57,146 nucleotides of DNA, taken from NCBI GenBank assembly GCA_964355095.1, contig CAYHCX010000008.1, forward strand, positions 7,320 to 64,465, in the 5' to 3' direction. Under the pieces are notes generated by a model. It had not been told where the DNA came from. It ran no database searches and was given only the letters and a program-made list of their open reading frames with translations. Below, one piece after another: positions 23,688-32,913 of the stretch. Source of the DNA: an uncultured Acidobacterium sp. (GTDB lineage: Bacteria; Acidobacteriota; Vicinamibacteria; Vicinamibacterales; UBA2999). The position numbers and the translations under genes were made by a program. The first letter of the stretch is position 1. Each line of letters opens with the position of its first letter.

Positions 23688-23763
23688 CGGCGGTCTTAAC
23701 CGCCGCGGTTAGTGCCAGGACAGGCCATCGGGGCGTGTCCAGCACCTGAAGGCAGGAGGAACA

Positions 23764-24477
23764 GTGCCACGCGACATGTTTGGTGATGTCGTCGATCCGT
23801 CGATTAAGATGGGCAACAAGATGTGGTACACGGTGCCACTGACGATGTTGATCCAGGCGATGGTGGTCGCGGCCTTGGTAATCGTACCGTTGATGGCGAC
23901 CGGCATGATGCCGACGCCGCCGTCGATGATGGCGTTCGTGGCGGCGCCCCCCCCGCCCCCCCCCCCGCCGCCGCCCCCGCCTCCACCCGAGGCGAAGGCG
24001 CCCCCACCGCCCATGGACGTGAGCCCCGACGCGGCTCCGCTCGAGGCGCCGAAAGAGATCAAGGCTGAGACCGGGCTGGAAGCCGGCTTCGAGCGCTCGT
24101 CAGGCGTCGAAGGCGGCATTATCGGCGGCGTCGCCGGTGGCATCACCGGGGGCATTCCCGAACCCCCCCCCCCGCCGCCGCCCCCGGCCGCGCCGGTGCG
24201 CGTGGGCGGCAACATCAAGCCGCCGCAGAAGACTCGCGACGTGCGCCCCGTGTATCCGCCGATCGCCCAGTCGGCGCGCGTGCAGGGCATCGTGATCATT
24301 GAGGCCACCATCGGCCCCGACGGCGCGGTGAAGGATGCCAAGGTGTTGCGCTCGATCCCCCTGCTGGATCAGTCGGCGCTCGACGCGGTGCGGCAGTGGG
24401 TTTTCACACCGACCTTGCTCAACGGCGTGCCGGTGCCGGTCATCATGACGGTGACGGTTCAGTTCACGCTGCAGTAG
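23764..24477 (+). CDS. tonB: Energy transducer TonB
   Basis: N-terminal TM, poly-Pro linker, TonB_C domain (PVYPPIA..ARVQG.V, ALDAVRQW.F.P). Confidence 0.92.
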   Translation: MPRDMFGDVVDPSIKMGNKMWYTVPLTMLIQAMVVAALVIVPLMATGMMPTPPSMMAFVAAPPPPPPPPPPPPPPEAKAPPPPMDVSPDAAPLEAPKEIKAETGLEAGFERSSGVEGGIIGGVAGGITGGIPEPPPPPPPPAAPVRVGGNIKPPQKTRDVRPVYPPIAQSARVQGIVIIEATIGPDGAVKDAKVLRSIPLLDQSALDAVRQWVFTPTLLNGVPVPVIMTVTVQFTLQ

Positions 24478-24550
24478 GGCATCCTTTAAAAGGGTGCCGT
24501 AGAAGACAGGTCTTCAAACGTAGTAAGCCGTTTTTTTCTGGAGGATAGCG

Positions 24551-25324
24551 ATGGAAGGTCGGAAGATTCAGTTCGGTCGTATCGCTGGTGCCGGTTTCGC
24601 CATGCTGCTGATGAGCACGCCTGCGTTCGCGCAGACGGAGGGCGGCGGTGGCCTCGATCTCGTCGACATGTTCAACCAGATGGGCCCCGCGGCACTCGCG
24701 GTCGCCGTCATCCTGTTCATCATGTCGTTCTGGTCGGTGGGCGTCGCGATTGAGCGTATCTATACGTTCAGCCAGGCGACCAAGCAGTCGAAGATGTATG
24801 CCCCGCTCGTCGCCAAGCATCTCAAGGAAGGCCGGCTGAAGGAAGCCATCGCCCTGTCGTCGGCGAAGGAATACCGCTACAGCCACCTCGCCAAGGTCGT
24901 GCTCGCCGGCCTGCAGGAATACCAGTTCCAGCATGAGAGCAGCACCAACCTGTCGCGTGAAGACTTGCTCGACACCGTCCGCCGCTCGATTCAGCGCGCC
25001 ACCGCGCTGACCTCGAACGACCTCAAGAAGGGCGTCTCCGGCCTGGCGACCATCGGCGCGACCGCGCCGTTCGTCGGTCTGCTCGGCACGGTGGTCGGCG
25101 TCATCAACGCGTTTGTCGGCATCGCGTCGTCGGGCTCGGGCGGCATCGGCGCCGTCTCCGCCGGCATCGCGGAAGCTCTCGTCGAAACCGCGCTCGGCCT
25201 GTTCGTGGCCATCCCGGCGGTGTGGTTCTACAACTACCTGTCCGGCAAGCTCGAGTTCTTCAACGTGGAGATGGACAACTCCTCGTCGGAGATGGTCGAC
25301 TACTTCATCAAGAAGACGGCGTAA
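24551..25324 (+). CDS. exbB: MotA/TolQ/ExbB proton channel protein
   Basis: LATIGATAPFVGLLGTVVG, GIAEALVETALGLFVAIPA. Confidence 0.92.
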   Translation: MEGRKIQFGRIAGAGFAMLLMSTPAFAQTEGGGGLDLVDMFNQMGPAALAVAVILFIMSFWSVGVAIERIYTFSQATKQSKMYAPLVAKHLKEGRLKEAIALSSAKEYRYSHLAKVVLAGLQEYQFQHESSTNLSREDLLDTVRRSIQRATALTSNDLKKGVSGLATIGATAPFVGLLGTVVGVINAFVGIASSGSGGIGAVSAGIAEALVETALGLFVAIPAVWFYNYLSGKLEFFNVEMDNSSSEMVDYFIKKTA

Positions 25325-25339
25325 GGACAGTAATCTGAC

Positions 25340-25435
25340 GGCCTGGGGCTTGTGGCCTGGGGCTTGAGTCGCGTCTGACTCGACTCTCAAGTCTCAAGCC
25401 TCAAGCCTCAGGCCCCAAGCCCCAAGCCCCAAGCC
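25340..25435. repeat. Inverted GGCTTGG/CCAAGCC heptamer arrays
   Basis: Four forward and seven reverse degenerate units between exbB and exbD. Confidence 0.85.
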
Positions 25436-25451
25436 GTTAGGAGAACTAGTT

Positions 25452-25892
25452 ATGTCAATGGATGTCGGCGGTTCCAAGGGTGGAATCAAATCGGACATCA
25501 ACGTCACGCCCCTCGTGGACGTCATGCTGGTGCTGCTCATCATTATGATGATCGTGGCCCCGCTGCTCCAGAAGGGCGCCGACGTCAAGCTGCCGCTCGC
25601 CGCGAACACCGCGGACAAGCCGGAAACGCAGGACCAGACGGTCGTCGCCATCGACAAGGCCGACCGCTACTTCGTCAACGGCCTGCCGGTGCGCAAGGAA
25701 GAGCTGCGGCAGAAGGTCGAGGAAATCCTCGAGACCAAGAAGGAGCGCATCATTCTCATCAAGGCCGATGAAGACGCGCGCTACTCCGCCGTAATGGATT
25801 GCATGGACGAACTGCGGGCCAGCGGCATCGAGGACATGGGGCTGATCACCGACCCCAAGACCCGCGGCCTCCTGCAGGGTGGGGGGAACTGA
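25452..25892 (+). CDS. exbD: ExbD/TolR protein
   Basis: INVTPLVDVMLVLLIIMM, IKADE..RY. Confidence 0.92.
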   Translation: MSMDVGGSKGGIKSDINVTPLVDVMLVLLIIMMIVAPLLQKGADVKLPLAANTADKPETQDQTVVAIDKADRYFVNGLPVRKEELRQKVEEILETKKERIILIKADEDARYSAVMDCMDELRASGIEDMGLITDPKTRGLLQGGGN

Positions 25893-25893
25893 C

Positions 25894-26370
25894 ATGTCTC
25901 ACGCACACCATCACCTCGGCGCCGACAAGGTCATTACCGCCAAGAAGCTCGAAGTCAGCTCGGACATGAACATCACGCCGATGATCGACGTGTTGCTCGT
26001 GCTCCTGGTCATCTTCATGGCCGCCCTCCCGCTGTCGCAGAAGGGCCTCGACGTCAACCTGCCGGCGGAAACCAAGACCGCCGAACAGACCCAGGTCGAC
26101 GTCTCGCAGATCGTGATCGAGTACACCGCGAACAGAAAGATCTCGATCAACAAGTCCGACGTCTCGGTCATCGACCTCGAAGATCGCCTTCGCAAGATCT
26201 ACGAGGAACGCAAGGACAAGACCCTGTTCATCGCCGGCGACGGCACCCTCCGCTACGGCGACATCGTCGAAGTGATCGACGCCGCCAAGGGCGCGGGCGT
26301 CGAAAAGGTGGGCATTATCACCGAAGGCATGCGCCGCGCTGCCGCCGCCGCGGGCAAGGTCGGCGGCTAA
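25894..26370 (+). CDS. exbD: ExbD/TolR protein (second copy)
   Basis: MNITPMIDVLLVLLVIFM, GD..LRYG..V.VID. Confidence 0.92.
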   Translation: MSHAHHHLGADKVITAKKLEVSSDMNITPMIDVLLVLLVIFMAALPLSQKGLDVNLPAETKTAEQTQVDVSQIVIEYTANRKISINKSDVSVIDLEDRLRKIYEERKDKTLFIAGDGTLRYGDIVEVIDAAKGAGVEKVGIITEGMRRAAAAAGKVGG

Positions 26371-26397
26371 CCAACAGCCGTCGCCAGTCAGGTCACG

Positions 26398-26432
26398 GGC
26401 CGCCGGGAGAGATCCTGGTGGCCTTTTCGTTT
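26398..26432 (+). terminator. Rho-independent terminator
   Basis: GGCCGCCGGGA-gaga-TCCTGGTGGCC followed by TTTTCGTTT. Confidence 0.7.
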
Positions 26433-26457
26433 GTACGGGCCGCGCGACCTGACGCCA

Positions 26458-28146
26458 TCAGAAGGATGGCGGCGGCACCAGCCCGAGCTCCTTGAGCTCC
26501 GGCAGGCCCTTGTCGGCGTTCTTCCAGATCTTCCGCAGGTCCCCGTAGGCGGCCATGGCGCGGGCGGTGTCCTTGGTGGCCATTGAGGCCCGGCCCAGGC
26601 CCAAAAGCGACAGGGCGCGCCTGGGATTGCGTTTCAGGGACGTCTCAAAGGCGGGGATCGCCTCCTTCGGGCGCCGCAGGTCCATCAGCATCTCGCCGAC
26701 CAGCTCGTGGGCCGGTTTGACGGGCACCGGCGGGCCGAACTCGAACGACAGCCCGTCTTCCACCACCGCGGCCTGGCGGGCCAGCACCAGCGCCTCTTCG
26801 CGACGGCCCTCCGAGAACAGCAGGACGGCCTCCAGTTGCTGGGCCATGACCTGGGCGGCGCGCGTGTCGGGTGCCCCACCGGCGGCCGGCAGGCCGGCAG
26901 CGGGCTGCCCGACGGCATGGGCCGCGTGCGTCTCGACGATGGGCGCATCTTCCATCAGGGCGGCCATCTGCTGAAGCGCGTTGCCCCCGGCCGCCCGGTT
27001 ACCGGAGCGGATGGCCGCAAACCCGATCGCGAACAGGTCGGCGATCGCCGCCTCCGCGCCGAGGCCCTTCGCCAACACGGGCGCCTTGGCCTCGCCCCAC
27101 TTGCGTGACTCGATCAGCCACGCCGCCCGGGCCAGCGCCAGGTGACTGCGCGTGCGCACCGACCCGCTTTTTGCGGCGTCCGCGTCCATTTGCGCCAGGA
27201 GCCCGCGCGCCTCGTCGTAGCGGCCCTGCTGCGCGTAGCCGTAAACCAGCCAGAGCATGGCGTGGAAGCCGCGAGCGTCAGCGTCGAGCTGCTTCCCGGC
27301 CCGGCGCGCATCCGCGGCCTTCATCGAGCGCTCGTTGATCGCCGAAGCCTCGTCCCACATGCCGAGCGCGAAGTAGATGTGCGATGGCATGTGCAGCGCG
27401 TGCGAGGCGGCGGGCGCGATCTTCGAGTAGGCATCGGCAAAGCGCAGGCCGAGCGGCGCGTGGACAGGATCGTCGTAGGCGTGAATCAGGTAGTGGGCGG
27501 CGCCCGGGTGCTGCGGGTTCCTGGCGTAGACCTGCTCGACCAGCGCCGCCGCCTTCATGTAGATCGAGAAGTCACGGCCGCCATGGCTCGTGCCGAGCAG
27601 CGCCAGCGCATAGAACGCCGTCACCTCGTCGTCGGCCGGATACCGCTCGTGCATGCGGCGCATGTGCTCGGCGTAGGCGCGGTCGCGCGCCAGCTTGCCT
27701 GCGCTGAGCGAAGTCGAAGCGTCGCTTGCACTGAGCGAAGTCGAAGTGCCGGCCCCGTACAGGCTGTCGAGCGCGGCCAGCCAGTCCTTCTCCTTGGCGG
27801 TCGGCGCCTTCGCGAGGCGGGCTTCCGCGGTCGGGGCGAGGCGCGCCAGCGCGGCCTGGGCCAGGTCCGCCGCCGTCTGTTGCCACACCGGGTGGTTGTA
27901 GGTCATGGCCTCACCCCAGTAGGCCATGGCGAAGCCCGGGTCGGCCTTCTGCGCCTCCAAGAACGCCTCCTTCGCATCGTCGTACTCGAAGCTGTGCATC
28001 AACAGCACGCCCTTGATGAAGGCCGGCTGCGCCGCCGCCGACCCGGACGTCGGAAAATCGATGGTGCCCAGTTCGCCCTGGGCGCCGATGTTGAGGCTGG
28101 TGAGCGCGAGGACGGCAAGCAGGACGAGGACAGCCCGGCGGTTCAT
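26458..28146 (-). CDS. Secreted TPR-repeat protein
   Basis: Signal peptide; MHSFEY, FAMAYWGEAM, HPGAAHYLIHAYD, HALHMPSHIY; C-terminal TPR. Confidence 0.85.
   Translation of the reverse strand: MNRRAVLVLLAVLALTSLNIGAQGELGTIDFPTSGSAAAQPAFIKGVLLMHSFEYDDAKEAFLEAQKADPGFAMAYWGEAMTYNHPVWQQTAADLAQAALARLAPTAEARLAKAPTAKEKDWLAALDSLYGAGTSTSLSASDASTSLSAGKLARDRAYAEHMRRMHERYPADDEVTAFYALALLGTSHGGRDFSIYMKAAALVEQVYARNPQHPGAAHYLIHAYDDPVHAPLGLRFADAYSKIAPAASHALHMPSHIYFALGMWDEASAINERSMKAADARRAGKQLDADARGFHAMLWLVYGYAQQGRYDEARGLLAQMDADAAKSGSVRTRSHLALARAAWLIESRKWGEAKAPVLAKGLGAEAAIADLFAIGFAAIRSGNRAAGGNALQQMAALMEDAPIVETHAAHAVGQPAAGLPAAGGAPDTRAAQVMAQQLEAVLLFSEGRREEALVLARQAAVVEDGLSFEFGPPVPVKPAHELVGEMLMDLRRPKEAIPAFETSLKRNPRRALSLLGLGRASMATKDTARAMAAYGDLRKIWKNADKGLPELKELGLVPPPSF
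27697..27748. repeat. Tandem CTGAGCGAAGTCGAAG elements inside a CDS
   Basis: Two copies with a 27-nt period, translated as TSTSLSASDASTSLSAG. Confidence 0.75.
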
Positions 28147-28163
28147 GCGGCGATCTCCTGGGC

Positions 28164-28218
28164 CGCAGATTAGCGCAGATTGGTGCAGAAGACGAAAGCC
28201 GCAGATTGGCGCAGATTG
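28164..28218. repeat. CGCAGATTRG decamer repeats
   Basis: Five GCAGA(T/A) units; related ATCTGCG pair at 2922-2938. Confidence 0.65.
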
Positions 28219-28229
28219 ATTCCGCAACG

Positions 28230-28261
28230 AAAAAGGGGCGGGTCCGAAGACCGGCCCCTTT
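28230..28261 (-). terminator. Rho-independent terminator of the receptor gene
   Basis: GGGGCCGGTC-TTCG-GACCCGCCCC-TTTTT on the minus strand. Confidence 0.8.
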
Positions 28262-28270
28262 CAGAACTAC

Positions 28271-28312
28271 CCAAGCCTCAAGCCCCAGGTCTCAAGCCTG
28301 GAGCTTGAAGCC
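28271..28312. repeat. CCAAGCC heptamer array
   Basis: ccaagcc tcaagcc ccaggtc tcaagcc, directly after the receptor stop. Confidence 0.7.
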
Positions 28313-31300
28313 CTAGTTGAAGAAGTAGCGGAAGCTGAGCATCACTTTGTAGACGTCGTTCAGATCCGCCGTCTGCTGCAGCGACTTGGTCATCAGCGCA
28401 CCGTTGATTACTCGCAGCCGATAGGTGGCTCGGCCGTTGGCATCAACGCCGGGGTTGGTGAGCGGCGAGTTTGAGATGAGCCGCTGCGACACGCCCCAGT
28501 TCTTGTTCAGCAGGTTGCCGAAGTTGATGAAGTCGGCGCGGAACTGGAAGCGCTGGCGCGTCCCGCCGATGCTCTTGAAGACGTCCTGGGAAATGCTCAG
28601 GTCCATTCTCTTCATGAATGGCAGGAACACGGCGTTGCGGACCGAGTACTCGCCACGGTGCGCGCTCAGGTACTCATCCTGGGCGATGTAGGACTCCCAC
28701 GCGGCGGCCTGCTGGTCGGCCGTGTAGGTCACGCCGCCCGTCGTGAACGCGGTGAAGTTCATCTCGCCGGTGTTGCTCGGGATGTAGATCAGGTCGTTGC
28801 CCGTGGCGCTGTCGCCGTTGAGGTCGCCCGAGTAGATGTAGCTGGTGTTCCCGATCGTCCGGGCCTCCCAGAACATCGAGATGCCGGTGGCGCCGAAGCC
28901 GAAGTACTCGCGACGGTAGTTGGCCGCCACGAAGAAGCGGTGGCCCGGCGAGTTGTTGCTGAAGGCCACGCCCGGGTTGTTGGGGTCGCCCGACATGGCG
29001 TTGCCGAAGAACGAGCCGTTGGCAATGGAACCCGGGTCGATGGTGTTCTTGGCCTCGCCGTAGTTGTAGGCGGCCTGGACGAAGCCGTCGCGGAACGTCC
29101 TCTTGAGGTTGCCGGTGACGTTCCAGTTGCGGCCGATGTTCTGGTTCTTCATCACGGTGGCGTCGGTGATGGTGGCGTTGACGCGGTTGTTGGTGAAGCG
29201 CGGTCGCGCGTCCGCGCCGACAAACGTCGTCTGCGCCGCCGGCAGGTTGGCGTTGATGTAGTAGATGCCGTTCACGTCGCGGCCATAGAGGAACTCCGCC
29301 GTGCCGACGATGCCCCAGGGCAGCTTCTGGTCGATGGCGAGGTTGGTGCGCCACACCTGCGGGAACTTGAAGTCCTTGTCGGTAATGGCCAGGTTGGTGC
29401 TGGCCGGCGGCGCGCCCGTGACCGTCGCCGGCTTGTAGGCGTCCGGGTTCGGATTGAACGGCCGGGCCGTGGTGTTGCGGACGTCTTCGAAGCCCGTCTG
29501 CATGCCGGTGTTGCCGATCTGGTTGGAGATCCACACGAACAACGGCTTGCCGGTGAACACGCCCGTGCCGCCGCGCACCTGGGTGTCGCGGTTCTTGAAG
29601 ACGTCCCAGTTGAAGCCCACGCGCGGCGAGAAGAGCGGGTTGGCGTCGGGCAGCTTGCCGGTCGAGTACTGCACCGATCCGCCCGTCTCATCGCGGAACG
29701 TCATCGCGTCGGCGACCGGGTTGGCGAACCCGGTGTCCTTGAACTGCGCCACGTCCACGCGCACGCCGGCGATCACCTTGAGGTTGTCGGCCACCGACCA
29801 CTCGTCCTGGGCGTAGGCGCCCCAGTAGAGCACGTCCAGCGGCTGGAGCGGTTTCTCCGCTCCGGGGATGTTGTTGTAACGGACCTGGAACCGGGCCAGC
29901 GTCACCGGCGACGTGGTGCGGTTCGGGTTGGCCAGGTAGTCGTTGGCGTCGGCGTAGAAATCGGCCAGCGAGTTGTAGACGTAGGCGCTCTGCTTGCCGG
30001 GGAAGAACACGTTCTCGGACTTGTACTTCTCGGCGGCGAAGCCGACGGTGAACGAGTGCTTCTCGCCGAACTTGGTCAAGCTGTCCTGCACCTGGTAGGT
30101 CTTGTAGCGCAGTTCGTTGTTCGGCGTGAACGGCTCGGAGCCAATCGTCGTGTAGACCGAGCCGCTCTGCAGGATGTCAACCAGCGGGAAGAGCTTGCCG
30201 ATGTCGCCGCGGCTCTCGTCAGACTGGCCGTAGCCGACGATCAGGGAGTTGGCCATCTTGGTGCCGATGATCGTGTTCAGTTCGGCGATGCCGTACCTGT
30301 TGTTCTCGAGAATCGTGTAGTTCGACGACTCGAAGTTCAGGCCGAAGGTCGAGGTCCGGCGGTTGCCGAAGCCGAGCGACGTCGAGTTGGACAGCAGGAC
30401 GTCGGTGTCGGAGTCGAGCTGGTTGTAGCGGAACGACAGCTTGTTGCGGTTGTTCAGGTTGTAGTCGAACTTGGCCAGGACGCGGCGGCCGGGCGTCGCG
30501 AACGGGTAGTCCTGGTACTTGCCGGTGTCGTAGCTGAACTTCGACTTGAGGAAGGAGCTGAGCGAGTCAAGGTCGGACGCCAGCACGCGCGTCACGCTGC
30601 CGCCCACCGCCTCGCCGCCCGTGTTGGCGCGGAACGTCGTGCCGGGCTGCTCCGTCTTCTCGCCTTCCAGACTGCCGAAGAAGAACAGCTTGTTCTCGAT
30701 CACGGGGCCCGACGCCCAGCCGCCGCCGTTCTTGAAGTCGAACGTGCCGGGGTTGACCGTGGCGTCCTTCGCCGTGGTGCCCACCATGCTGTTGTCGCGG
30801 AACTGGTAGGAGCCGGCGGCCGAAAACTTGTTGGTGCCGCTGCGCGTGACGCTGTTGACGCCGGCGCCGACGAAGTTGCCCTGGCGCACGTCATAGGGCG
30901 CCACGCTCACCTGCACCTGCTCGATGGCTTCCATCGAGATCGGCGCGACGTTGGTGCGCTCGCCGGGCGCCGAGCCCAGGCCGAACGAGTTGTTGAAGTA
31001 GGAGCCGTCGACCGTGATGTTGTTCATGCCGGAGCCCTGGCCGGCCACCGACAGGCCGCGCGCCTCGGGGGCCATGCGGACGATGGCATCGATGCGGTTG
31101 CTGATGGTGGGCAGCGCGGCGATGGTTTCGCGGCTGACCGAGGTGGCCGAGCCGGTGCGCTCGGAGTTGAAGACGGTATCGGACTGCGCCGTGACGGTGA
31201 CCGTCTCGGTGATGGAGATGTTCTTCAGCATGAACTCGAGGTCGGTGGCACCGCCGAGGTTGACCATGACGTTGTCCTGGGTCTCGGGCTGGAACGCCGC

Positions 31301-31573
31301 GGCGCCGGTGCCCGCATAGGCCACTGTCACCGAGTAGGGACCGCCGACGCGCATGCCGGGGATGGAGAACCGGCCGTCGGCGCGCGTGGTGGCTTCGTAG
31401 CTGGTGCCGGAGGGGAGGTGAATCGCGATCACGCTGGCGCCGGAGACCGACTGTTGCTGTGAATCGACGACCTTTCCGGCGAGGGCGCCGGTGGTGACGC
31501 CCTGGGCGCTCACGACCGTGGCAAGTACGAAAACGGCGACGAGGGAGAAGGCAAACCTAATCAAATGTTTCAT
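28313..31573 (-). CDS. TonB-dependent receptor, Oar-like, with an N-terminal carboxypeptidase-regulatory-like domain
   Basis: Signal peptide, G.VVD..GASV..GRF...RVGGPY, plug motifs (NNITVDG, PYDVRQG, VTRSGTN), SPRVGFNWD, C-terminal FRYFFN. Confidence 0.93.
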   Translation of the reverse strand: MKHLIRFAFSLVAVFVLATVVSAQGVTTGALAGKVVDSQQQSVSGASVIAIHLPSGTSYEATTRADGRFSIPGMRVGGPYSVTVAYAGTGAAAFQPETQDNVMVNLGGATDLEFMLKNISITETVTVTAQSDTVFNSERTGSATSVSRETIAALPTISNRIDAIVRMAPEARGLSVAGQGSGMNNITVDGSYFNNSFGLGSAPGERTNVAPISMEAIEQVQVSVAPYDVRQGNFVGAGVNSVTRSGTNKFSAAGSYQFRDNSMVGTTAKDATVNPGTFDFKNGGGWASGPVIENKLFFFGSLEGEKTEQPGTTFRANTGGEAVGGSVTRVLASDLDSLSSFLKSKFSYDTGKYQDYPFATPGRRVLAKFDYNLNNRNKLSFRYNQLDSDTDVLLSNSTSLGFGNRRTSTFGLNFESSNYTILENNRYGIAELNTIIGTKMANSLIVGYGQSDESRGDIGKLFPLVDILQSGSVYTTIGSEPFTPNNELRYKTYQVQDSLTKFGEKHSFTVGFAAEKYKSENVFFPGKQSAYVYNSLADFYADANDYLANPNRTTSPVTLARFQVRYNNIPGAEKPLQPLDVLYWGAYAQDEWSVADNLKVIAGVRVDVAQFKDTGFANPVADAMTFRDETGGSVQYSTGKLPDANPLFSPRVGFNWDVFKNRDTQVRGGTGVFTGKPLFVWISNQIGNTGMQTGFEDVRNTTARPFNPNPDAYKPATVTGAPPASTNLAITDKDFKFPQVWRTNLAIDQKLPWGIVGTAEFLYGRDVNGIYYINANLPAAQTTFVGADARPRFTNNRVNATITDATVMKNQNIGRNWNVTGNLKRTFRDGFVQAAYNYGEAKNTIDPGSIANGSFFGNAMSGDPNNPGVAFSNNSPGHRFFVAANYRREYFGFGATGISMFWEARTIGNTSYIYSGDLNGDSATGNDLIYIPSNTGEMNFTAFTTGGVTYTADQQAAAWESYIAQDEYLSAHRGEYSVRNAVFLPFMKRMDLSISQDVFKSIGGTRQRFQFRADFINFGNLLNKNWGVSQRLISNSPLTNPGVDANGRATYRLRVINGALMTKSLQQTADLNDVYKVMLSFRYFFN

Positions 31574-31632
31574 GTGTACATCGCTCCTGAACAGAGCAAA
31601 ATTATCACTTGCGGATGACGCGCCGGTAAAAG

Positions 31633-31674
31633 AAAAAACGGGCCACCCCGCGCACGGCGGGAGCGGCCCGTTTT
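31633..31674 (-). terminator. Rho-independent terminator
   Basis: AAAAAACGGGCC...GGCCCGTTTT inverted repeat. Confidence 0.7.
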
Positions 31675-31699
31675 AGGTCGTTTTGGGCGTATGCCCGAT

Positions 31700-32644
31700 C
31701 TAGCTGGCTGCCTTGGCCTTGCGCATGGCGTTCGCCTTGTCGCCCAGCTCCGTGGCTTCCTTGAGCAGCGCCTGCTGCTTCTTGGGGTCCTTCTCGACGA
31801 GCGCCTGGGTGCGGAGCAGCAGGCCCTTGTAGGTGATGGCCTCGACGTAGTCGGGCTTGATCTCGAGGGCCTTGTCCACCGCGGTGAGACCGTCGAGCAC
31901 GAGCTGCAGCTTTTCCTTGTCGGAGAGGCGGAAGTCCTTTGACGCCTTCCCCCAGTGAAAGGTCGCGAGCGTGTAGTGCGCCTCGGGGTTGGTTGGCTCG
32001 AGCTCAATCCTCTTCCGGAGGTTTTCCACCAGCTTTTCGAAATTACCCTGACGGTCGTAATACGCAGCGATCGTCAGATAGACATTTGGGTCGTTGGGCT
32101 TGGCGTCACGGCCCTTCAGGTAGGTTTCTTCGGCCAGCTGGTACTCGCCCGAGTCTTCGTAAATCTTCGCGAGCTGGAAGTAGTTGGTCGGTTCGTTGGG
32201 CGCCAGTTCGATCATGCGCTTCACCACGGGCTCGGCCTGGGTCGGGTCGGCCAGCTTGTCGGGGCCGTAGGCCGCGACCAGGAATTCCAGGGCCAGCGAG
32301 CGCTTCGGCACGGTGTCTTCCGTCAGCTTCTCGCTCGCCAGCTTGTAGTTTTCGACGGCCTTGGCCATCAACTCGTCGTTGGCCGGTTCGCCCTTGCGCG
32401 CCGGGCGGTACATGTTGTCGTAGGAGTTGGCCAGGTAGAAGTAGATGGCTGCGTTATTCGGATCGAGTGCCACCGCTTCCTCGTACTTCTCGGCCGCCGC
32501 CCGCCAATCGCTGGCGCCGTAGGCCTTGTTGCCGTCCTTGAACGCCTTCATGGCGCGGACCTGGCCGATGTATCCGCAACCGGCGAGCGCGACGCTCAGT
32601 CCCATAACCAGCGCCAAATACGCTGCCGAAGACCGCTTTCTCAT
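31700..32644 (-). CDS. TPR-repeat lipoprotein
   Basis: Lipobox LAGC, multiple TPR motifs, GGGGG RBS. Confidence 0.85.
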   Translation of the reverse strand: MRKRSSAAYLALVMGLSVALAGCGYIGQVRAMKAFKDGNKAYGASDWRAAAEKYEEAVALDPNNAAIYFYLANSYDNMYRPARKGEPANDELMAKAVENYKLASEKLTEDTVPKRSLALEFLVAAYGPDKLADPTQAEPVVKRMIELAPNEPTNYFQLAKIYEDSGEYQLAEETYLKGRDAKPNDPNVYLTIAAYYDRQGNFEKLVENLRKRIELEPTNPEAHYTLATFHWGKASKDFRLSDKEKLQLVLDGLTAVDKALEIKPDYVEAITYKGLLLRTQALVEKDPKKQQALLKEATELGDKANAMRKAKAAS

Positions 32645-32853
32645 CAGAAATCCCCCTGTAAGTCCCTGTAAAACACGTGCAAGCCGCAAGGCCGGAAAGT
32701 ATAGCTTCGTTTCCAGACTCCCCGCAACCTCGACCCCGGCCATGCCCTAAGATGGTACCAACGGTCCGCCAAACCGCCTTCGCCCTTTGGCTATGGCGGT
32801 CAAGAAGGCGGACGCCATATGCGCAGTCCGGCTCACCCGGAATGTCACCAAAT

Positions 32854-32876
32854 GTAGCGTCCGGCTTCAGCCGGAC
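32854..32876. repeat. GTAG-type REP hairpin
   Basis: GTAGCGTCCGGCTTCAGCCGGAC. Confidence 0.7.
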
Positions 32877-32913
32877 CTGCAGCGACCGATAAAGCCATTA
32901 GACACCGAACTTC

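Noticed and set aside
23941-24190. Long C-runs in tonB as phase-variation tracts
   Set aside because: They encode the normal poly-proline linker and the frame is intact.
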